From an uncultured Clostridia bacterium (GTDB lineage: Bacteria; Bacillota; Clostridia; Oscillospirales; CAG-272): a stretch of 64,000 nucleotides of DNA. The notes below the pieces were generated by a model that was not told the origin of the DNA, searched no databases, and saw nothing but the letters and a program-made list of their open reading frames with translations. The translations under genes were made by a program, and so were the position numbers. Below, in pieces: positions 57,967 through 64,000 of the stretch. Positions within the stretch are counted from its first letter, which is position 1. Each line of letters opens with the position of its first letter. The stretch covers positions 24,289 through 88,288 of the forward strand of contig CALWJX010000005.1 in the NCBI GenBank assembly GCA_944381085.1. The letters are read 5' to 3'.

Positions 57967-59490
57967 GTGAGTGGAAATAAATATTACATTGCTATAGACC
58001 TAAAGTCTTTTTATGCTTCCGTAGAATGTGTAGAACGCGGGCTTGACCCGCTGACGACCAATCTTCTGGTGGCGGATATTTCAAGGACCGATAAAACCGT
58101 ATGCCTCGCGGTATCGCCTTCTCTCAAAAGCTACGGTATATCGGGGCGGGCAAGACTTTTTGAGGCAAAGCAGAAAATAAAAGAGGCAAACGAAAGGCGA
58201 AGGAAAAACAATCACGGAGTGGATTTTCGCGGTAAGTCGTCCGACGCGAATCTTCTTGGGTCAGACAATTCTTTGTCAATAGATTATATTGCGGCTCCTC
58301 CGCGCATGTCGCTCTATATAGAATACAGCACACGGATATATGAAGTTTATCTGAGGCATGTGGCTCCCGAAGACATTCATGTTTATTCGATAGACGAAGT
58401 ATTTATAGACGCGACGCCGTATCTGAAAACAAGAGGACTTGACGCCTCGGAATTTGCGCTTACGATTGTGAAGGATGTTTTTATGTCTACGGGTATAACC
58501 GCGACGGCGGGTATCGGAACAAATTTATATCTGTGCAAGGTCGCTATGGACATTTTGGCAAAGCGCGCGGAGCCGGATGAAAACGGGGCGCGCATAGCGG
58601 CGCTTGACGAAATGTCCTATCGGCGCCTGTTGTGGAATCACCGTCCCCTGACCGATTTCTGGCGGGTGGGCAAAGGATATGCCGAAAAGCTTGAGTCAAA
58701 GGGAATATATACCATGGGAGACGTGGCGAAATGTTCCGTGGGCAGTCCTCGGGATTTTTACAATGAAGAACTGCTTTACAGAATGTTCGGCGTCAGCGCC
58801 GAGCTGCTTATCGACCACGCTTGGGGATATGAGCCGTGTACCGTTGCGGATATTAAGGCGTACAGACCGAAATCAAACAGTATAAGCTCGGGGCAGGTGT
58901 TACCGATACCTTACGAATTTGAAAATGCAAAGCTGGTGCTTTGCGAGATGGCTGATACGCTTGCGCTTGAATTGGTAAAAAAGGAGCTTTTAACCGCTAA
59001 AATTGTGATTACGGTGGGATATGACTCAAAAAATCTCAGCGGCTGTGAAGACGACGGCGGATTTGGCGATATTGTATCGGACGGATATGGAAGAAAGCTG
59101 CCCAAGCCGGCGCACGGCACTGTTAATATCGACAGGTATACATCGTCCTCAAAGCTTATAATCAAGGCTGCCTCGGAGCTGTTTGAAAGAATAGTCGATA
59201 AAAGACTTCTGATACGCAGATTGAATATAACCGCCGACCGCGTAGTATCTGAGGCGGTCATGGAGGAACTTTCGGCGGACGAGCAGCTCAGTCTGTTTGT
59301 AGATTATGAAGACCTTGAACGTAAACGCCAAAAAATCGCCTGTGAGAGCGAACGTGAGAAAAATATTCAGAAGACCTTGATTGATATCAGAAAAAAGCAC
59401 GGGAAAAATGCCGTGCTTAAAGGCATGAATCTTTTGGAGGGCTCTACGGCTAAAGAACGCAATCTCAGGATAGGCGGGCACAAGGCGTGA
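57967..59490 (+). CDS. Y-family (UmuC/DinB/UvrX-like) translesion DNA polymerase
   Basis: N-terminal catalytic motif YIAIDLKSFYASVECVERGLDP and an SIDEVFID-type second acidic motif. GTG start with a GGAGGG RBS. Confidence 0.85.
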   Translation: MSGNKYYIAIDLKSFYASVECVERGLDPLTTNLLVADISRTDKTVCLAVSPSLKSYGISGRARLFEAKQKIKEANERRRKNNHGVDFRGKSSDANLLGSDNSLSIDYIAAPPRMSLYIEYSTRIYEVYLRHVAPEDIHVYSIDEVFIDATPYLKTRGLDASEFALTIVKDVFMSTGITATAGIGTNLYLCKVAMDILAKRAEPDENGARIAALDEMSYRRLLWNHRPLTDFWRVGKGYAEKLESKGIYTMGDVAKCSVGSPRDFYNEELLYRMFGVSAELLIDHAWGYEPCTVADIKAYRPKSNSISSGQVLPIPYEFENAKLVLCEMADTLALELVKKELLTAKIVITVGYDSKNLSGCEDDGGFGDIVSDGYGRKLPKPAHGTVNIDRYTSSSKLIIKAASELFERIVDKRLLIRRLNITADRVVSEAVMEELSADEQLSLFVDYEDLERKRQKIACESEREKNIQKTLIDIRKKHGKNAVLKGMNLLEGSTAKERNLRIGGHKA

Positions 59491-59585
59491 CTTTTGTCGG
59501 GAGCGATTTCAAACGCATACGCTTGCGGAAAAAACGGCTGTACTTTAAGCAAAACATTTATCTTTGAAAAGGGAGTTTCGCGTTT

Positions 59586-60032
59586 ATGAAATATGTAAAC
59601 GATACTCAAAATTACGATGATATAATAGGCTTGCCGCGTCACGTATCGGATAATCACAAAAAAATGCCGATGTCTCAACGCGCGGCGCAATTTGCGCCGT
59701 TTGCGGCGCTGAGCGGATATGAGGACGCGATAGAGGAAGCCGCAAGACACACCGAAGCCCGTCCGGTTTTGTCCGAGGATATAAAAGAGCTTATTGATTA
59801 CAAGCTGCGTGTTATTTCGGAATACTCCGAGGGTGAGGCGAGCGCGGACATTGCGTTTTTTGTCCCTGATGAGAAAAAAGACGGAGGACGGTACGAAAGT
59901 GTTTCGGGAAAAGTAGAAAGAATCGATAAGGACAGCGGGTGCGTAATCATGGAGAATAAGGTCAAAATCCCAATAAAAGATATAATTGATATAAGCGGGG
60001 ATTTGTTTGATTATCTTGATATAGGATTGTGA
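59586..60032 (+). CDS. YolD-like protein
   Basis: Small protein directly after the Y-family polymerase, with a conserved-looking segment (RAAQFAPFAALSGYEDAI) typical of YolD-like partners. Confidence 0.65.
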   Translation: MKYVNDTQNYDDIIGLPRHVSDNHKKMPMSQRAAQFAPFAALSGYEDAIEEAARHTEARPVLSEDIKELIDYKLRVISEYSEGEASADIAFFVPDEKKDGGRYESVSGKVERIDKDSGCVIMENKVKIPIKDIIDISGDLFDYLDIGL

Positions 60033-60186
60033 TTTCATTGTTTCGGGACAAATTAAACTTTTTTCAGCTTTATGAATATTTCTTTTTTACTCAAAACCGG
60101 CGTTTTGCGCGTTTTGCTGCTGGAAAATCAACGCCGTGCTTTTGACGTCGAAAAACAAATGGGTGTTTGAAAATCCCAAAAACGGC

Positions 60187-60215
60187 TTGACAAAAATGTG
60201 ACCGTAAAATATAAT
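60187..60215 (+). promoter_or_regulatory. consensus sigma-70-type promoter
   Basis: TTGACA (60187-60192), 17-nt spacer, TATAAT (60210-60215). Confidence 0.6.
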
Positions 60216-60271
60216 ATACAGTGACAAAAAGAAAAAACGGCGTTTGTTTTGCGCCTTAAAGGATTGATAAA

Positions 60272-61447
60272 ATGGAAAAAACAGAGAGATTATTTGATAA
60301 AAACAGCTACGGCGACGAGTTTGGCGCCACTGTGCTTGAATGTGTAAAAAATAAGGACGGCAAATTTGAAATTGCGCTTGACAGAACATATTTCTTTCCC
60401 GAAGAAGGAGGACAGACCTCCGACACGGGAACTCTGGAAAATATAAATGTATCTCATGTATATGAAAAGGAGGGAATAATTTATCACGTGTGTGACGGCG
60501 AACTTTGCCCGGGTAAGACGGTGCGCGGAAAAATCAGGTTTGAAAGCCGCTATCGCAAGATGCAGAATCATACGGGAGAGCATATAGTATCCGGGCTGGT
60601 AAATAAAAAATACGGTTATGACAACGTGGGCTTTCATCTCAGTGAGCATGACATGACGATAGATTTTTCGGGAGAGCTGGACAGGGAATCGCTTGACGAA
60701 ATTGAGACCCTCGCAAACCGTGTTGTGTATTCCTGTATTCCGGTTAAGGCGTTTTATCCCGAAAAATCAGAGCTTAAAACGCTTGAATACAGGTCTAAAA
60801 TCGACCTTGAAGATATGGTGCGCATAGTGGAAATCGGAGAGGTTGACCGCTGCGCGTGCTGCGCGCCTCATGTCGGAAACACCGGGGAGATAGGTATTAT
60901 AAAACTGCTTGATTTCATGAGGTATAAGGGAGGAGTGCGCATACATGCCCGCTGCGGTATGGACGCGCTTGAGGATTACCGAAATAAATACCGAGAGATA
61001 TATACCGTTTCAAACCTGCTTTCCTCAAAACAGGGGGAGATATCCCGCGCCGTCAACAGACTTCTGGACAGCTTGGGAGCACAGAAATCGGAAATACTGT
61101 CCCTGAAAAGAGAGCTGATGAGACTGAAATCTCAAAGTATTGGGCTTACTGAAGGAAATATCTGTCTTTTTGAAACCGAAAAGGATATGAACGTCATAAG
61201 AGAACTTGTCAATAATCTGGTGAAAAAGTGCGGCGGAATGTGCGCGGTGTTTTCGGAAAACGGAAACGATGGCTATCAGTACATAATAGCGAGTGAAAAT
61301 GTTGATATGAAGCAAAAATCCGCGGAAATAAATCTGCGCCTCAACGGCAAGGGAGGAGGCTCAAAAGAAATGATCCGCGGGAGCTGTAAATGCGCAAAGG
61401 AAGATATATTGCGGTATTTTAATGCGGAAAACGAGGCTATCCGATAA
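60272..61447 (+). CDS. alanyl-tRNA editing protein (AlaX-L type, with DHHA1-like C-terminus)
   Basis: Zinc/editing motifs HTGEH and CCAPH are shared with the AlaRS editing domain. About 390 aa. Confidence 0.8.
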   Translation: MEKTERLFDKNSYGDEFGATVLECVKNKDGKFEIALDRTYFFPEEGGQTSDTGTLENINVSHVYEKEGIIYHVCDGELCPGKTVRGKIRFESRYRKMQNHTGEHIVSGLVNKKYGYDNVGFHLSEHDMTIDFSGELDRESLDEIETLANRVVYSCIPVKAFYPEKSELKTLEYRSKIDLEDMVRIVEIGEVDRCACCAPHVGNTGEIGIIKLLDFMRYKGGVRIHARCGMDALEDYRNKYREIYTVSNLLSSKQGEISRAVNRLLDSLGAQKSEILSLKRELMRLKSQSIGLTEGNICLFETEKDMNVIRELVNNLVKKCGGMCAVFSENGNDGYQYIIASENVDMKQKSAEINLRLNGKGGGSKEMIRGSCKCAKEDILRYFNAENEAIR

Positions 61448-61545
61448 AATAATCCGCGCGATTACCTGTTTTGTAAGATTGTCTGTGTCTATCGGAGGTG
61501 TTTTACCTTTTCTGCGCAGTATATTAAAATTTTTAAAATATCGAA

Positions 61546-62289
61546 TCAGTCAAGGTGGTATCTCGGCTTTCCGACGCTCTTTTTGCCGTATTCGATTGCT
61601 TTTGTCGGACAATAGGAGATACATGCCATGCAGTGTGTGCAGTCCTTTCCCCAGATCGGTCTGCCGTTTTCAAGCCGGATGTTGTTCAGAGGACAGAGTT
61701 TGACGCACCTGCCGCATCCGACGCACTTCTCATCGGCTTTGAAAGCGTTCGTCTTTACGCTGAAGGTGTAAAAGAGTGGGTTGACGATGCGGCTCATAAA
61801 ACGGTCGTACATGTTGTTTCTGGGTGGCGGAAAAGATTTTCCCGCTTTTAGTATTTCCGGAATACTATCAATGACAGGGTCAGCCTTTGCGATAATTTCT
61901 TTTGCCTCGGATTTGTCCGGAGCGTCGAACATGGCAATGTAGTTTTCGGGCATGACAATCTGTGCCGTACCCATATAGGCAAAGTTTTTGTCGGTGCAAA
62001 GGCGGGCGTTGTATTTTTCCGCGTTCCCGATTTCACTGCCGCAGTTCATGACGAACCACGCTTTTTCCGCGCCGTGAAAATCCACCTCGCTTATCCAGTT
62101 TTCCACAACCTTTGGGATTCTCCATGCATAGGTGGGCATGATAAAAATAAGTCTGCCGTCTGTTTTGACAGAGGACTTATCTTTTTCCTTGATTTTTTCA
62201 TTGATGCTGACAATATCTTCTCCGGTTGCCGAGGCAATTTTATGGGCGATGTATCGGCTGTTTCCCGTGCCGGTGAAATATAAAATCAT
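61546..62289 (-). CDS. EFR1-family flavodoxin-like / 2x[4Fe-4S] ferredoxin fusion protein
   Basis: N-terminal MILYFTGTGNSRYIA flavodoxin-like start. C-terminal CVGCGRCVKLCP and CTHCMACISYCP cluster motifs. Confidence 0.75.
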   Translation of the reverse strand: MILYFTGTGNSRYIAHKIASATGEDIVSINEKIKEKDKSSVKTDGRLIFIMPTYAWRIPKVVENWISEVDFHGAEKAWFVMNCGSEIGNAEKYNARLCTDKNFAYMGTAQIVMPENYIAMFDAPDKSEAKEIIAKADPVIDSIPEILKAGKSFPPPRNNMYDRFMSRIVNPLFYTFSVKTNAFKADEKCVGCGRCVKLCPLNNIRLENGRPIWGKDCTHCMACISYCPTKAIEYGKKSVGKPRYHLD

Positions 62290-62591
62290 AAAATAATTCC
62301 TTTCATAATAAACGGTATTGACATGTGTATTCTGTCAAACGCACTGAAGCCGTCATCTCATTTCATAGGTTTTGAAAATACGCGGCGTATCCGATTACTT
62401 AATGCTGTATACATTATAACCTAAAAATTATAAATTGTAAATGGATTTCCCACAAATTTTTAATATTATATATGGAAACTGTCCCTCAAAATTTCTGCGA
62501 TGGGTTGGAAAGGAAAATATAGACCGGATAAAATACTAATAGACTGTCGGTAATGTGAAAATAAAAATAAATAAAGCGTCTTATTTTGTGA

Positions 62592-62620
62592 TTGACAATT
62601 CAAACAAAAAAGGGTATAAT
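62592..62620 (+). promoter_or_regulatory. consensus sigma-70-type promoter
   Basis: TTGACA (62592-62597), 17-nt spacer, TATAAT (62615-62620). Confidence 0.65.
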
Positions 62621-62638
62621 GTATACAGAAGTTAAGCT

Positions 62639-62810
62639 GCATACAACGCAAAGAACTCAAAAAAATAATATTTATCGGTTGTATGCCGCAGTTTTGCTGT
62701 TGCAAAACTGTCCGAGTCGTATCGGAAATTCAACGCATACAACGCAAAGAACTCAAAAAAATAATATTTATCGGTTGTATGCCGCAGTTTTGCTGTTGCA
62801 AAACTGTCCG
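62639..62810 (+). repeat. two identical 76-bp direct repeats (96-bp period), each encoding two hairpins
   Basis: Units 62639-62714 and 62735-62810 are identical. The supplied ORF track confirms this: the peptide HTTQRTQKNNIYRLYAAVLLLQNCP occurs twice. Each unit contains P1 (GCATACAAC/GTTGTATGC) and H (CAGTTTTGC-TGTT-GCAAAACTG). Confidence 0.9.
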
Positions 62811-62923
62811 GAGGTTCTTAGATTTAAAAAATACGGAATGAGGCCAATGTACATATTTACGTTTAATGTCGGCTTAAGACAGTCTCGATTGTTAAACCCA
62901 TTTGAAATTTGGAGTAAATAAAA

Positions 62924-63787
62924 ATGAAAAGAGATATACTGAAAACTATAGATGAAAATGAAGGCAGCTTTTCAAAGGGTCAGAAAAACATAGCCAGATT
63001 TATACGGGAGCACTACGACAAAGCAGCGTTCATGACCGCCGCCAAGCTCGGAGGCGAGGTGGGAGTGTCGGAATCGACTGTCGTGAGATTTGTTATGGAA
63101 ATGGGCTTTGAGGGATATCCCGAATTTCAGAAAGCTCTTCAGGAGCTTATACGTACAAAACTGACCTCTTTTCAGCGCGTTGAGGTTACGGACAGTATTA
63201 TCGGTGACGGAGATGTACTTGCGAAGGTATTATATTCCGATATTGACAAAATAAAAAGAACTATAGAGGGAATAGACCGCGAATCCTTTTGCATGGCGGT
63301 CAAGAATATTACAAACGCCAAAAATATATATATTATCGGAATGCGTTCGTCTTCATTTCTCGCGGGATTTCTGAATTACGGACTCAGGGTTATTTTTGAA
63401 AACGTAAGGCTTGTTCAGACAACCTCCGGAAGCGAGACCTTCGAGCAGCTTATGGGAATAGGTAAAGGCGATGTTCTTATAGCGGTAAGCTTTCCGAGAT
63501 ATTCCAAGAGCATAATAAAGGGGGTATCATATGCCAGAGACGCGGGCGCCGAGGTGATCGCCCTGACCGACAGCGAAGAATCTCCGATTGCCGGGAGGGC
63601 GTCACAGCTCCTTGTAGCGCAAAGCGACATGGCGTCGTTTATGGATTCTCTTGTGGCTCCGCTGTCCGTGATAAACGCTTTGATTGTCGCGGTGGCGAGA
63701 GAAAACCGGGATATGCTTTCCGAAAGGCTTCACAAGCTTGAAGAAATTTGGGATGATTACAATGTGTATGAAAAAACGGAGAGGTAA
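62924..63787 (+). CDS. MurR/RpiR-family transcriptional regulator (HTH + SIS domain)
   Basis: N-terminal HTH_6-type region (GQKNIARFIREHYDKAAFMTAAKLGGEVGVSESTVVRF) and a SIS domain (IYIIGMRSS). Confidence 0.9.
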   Translation: MKRDILKTIDENEGSFSKGQKNIARFIREHYDKAAFMTAAKLGGEVGVSESTVVRFVMEMGFEGYPEFQKALQELIRTKLTSFQRVEVTDSIIGDGDVLAKVLYSDIDKIKRTIEGIDRESFCMAVKNITNAKNIYIIGMRSSSFLAGFLNYGLRVIFENVRLVQTTSGSETFEQLMGIGKGDVLIAVSFPRYSKSIIKGVSYARDAGAEVIALTDSEESPIAGRASQLLVAQSDMASFMDSLVAPLSVINALIVAVARENRDMLSERLHKLEEIWDDYNVYEKTER

Positions 63788-64000
63788 TGACTGAAAAGAA
63801 AATATTTAAGAATGACGGGAGCCGGCGTGTGGCAATTATAGGCGAGGGCGCGTCCGGAATGATGGCGGCGCTTTGGGCTTCAAAGAATATGGCGGATACT
63901 GTAATTTTCGAGAAAAACGACAGACCGGGAAAAAAGCTCAGAATAACCGGAAAGGGCAGATGCAATGTCACAAACAACTGCTCTGTGGATGAGTTTTTAT
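63787..64000 (+). CDS. HI0933/BaiN-like FAD-dependent oxidoreductase (5' part, runs off the window)
   Basis: My own translation from the ATG at 63787 (which overlaps the TAA of the RpiR gene): MTEKKIFKNDGSRRVAIIGEGASGMMAA...GKKLRITGKGRCNVTNN. It shows a dinucleotide-binding GxGxxG motif plus the family-typical GKGRCN motif. Confidence 0.7.
   Translation, partial: MTEKKIFKNDGSRRVAIIGEGASGMMAALWASKNMADTVIFEKNDRPGKKLRITGKGRCNVTNNCSVDEFL

Larger units (their letters stand above)
56866..60032 (+). mobile_element. possible remnant of an integrated element: integrase + Y-family polymerase + YolD-like
   Basis: The gene trio resembles the uvrX-yolD cassette of Bacillus prophages, placed next to an integrase. 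I could not identify att repeats or structural genes. Confidence 0.35.

Noticed and set aside
56866-60032. Intact prophage or ICE.
   Set aside because: Only three element-type genes are present. There are no structural, replication or conjugation genes and no identifiable att repeats. It is at most a remnant.
62639-62810. Possible mini-CRISPR array or type III toxin-antitoxin RNA repeat.
   Set aside because: There are only two units, the repeats are 76 bp with a single 20-bp linker, and no cas genes are present. The downstream gene is an RpiR regulator, not a ToxN/AbiE-like toxin. Neither repeat length nor context fits.
62592-62921. 109-aa ORF containing a duplicated 25-residue peptide (HTTQRTQKNNIYRLYAAVLLLQNCP x2).
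   Set aside because: It begins inside the -35 box of a consensus promoter and has no RBS. Its internal repeat is simply the translation of the 76-bp DNA duplication. It is better explained as non-coding leader.

Overview
This 64-kb window looks like chromosomal DNA from an endospore-forming Firmicutes/Clostridia bacterium. That assignment is an inference from spo0A, dpaA/dpaB, the hrcA-grpE-dnaK-dnaJ-prmA operon with a CIRCE operator, and ylxM-ffh-rpsP-KH. All product calls come from reading the supplied translations for family motifs; no database search was possible.

Content:
- About 56 CDS, mostly housekeeping: Hsp33, prs, nagB, ldh, ddl, prmC, ilvE, an AlaX-type editing protein and an amino-acid ABC importer.
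- Scattered carbohydrate genes: a rhamnulokinase-like kinase, GH78-like and other glycosidase-like proteins, an orphan solute-binding lipoprotein, and a Gfo/Idh/MocA oxidoreductase.
- A dlt-like acylation cassette in A-C-B-D order.
- An ABC/DUF1854/ABC exporter operon.
- A PadR/DUF1700-like/DUF4097 trio.
- A 3-gene integrase + Y-family polymerase + YolD islet.
- I found no rRNA, tRNA, CRISPR array or IS transposase.

Most interesting non-genic signals:
1. A dispersed intergenic repeat family of about 100-115 bp. There are 5 full copies plus 1-2 partial relatives. Every full copy lies in the sense orientation of the flanking genes, and pairs of copies bracket single genes (the DUF1385 gene and ffh).
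2. A two-hairpin module (conserved stem CAGTTTTGC/GCAAAACTG) directly downstream of consensus sigma-70-type promoters at two loci. One is ahead of a GH78-like gene. The other is a base-perfect 76-bp tandem duplication ahead of an RpiR-family regulator.

I do not recognise either signal as a known RNA or repeat family. Both need genome-wide and comparative checks.
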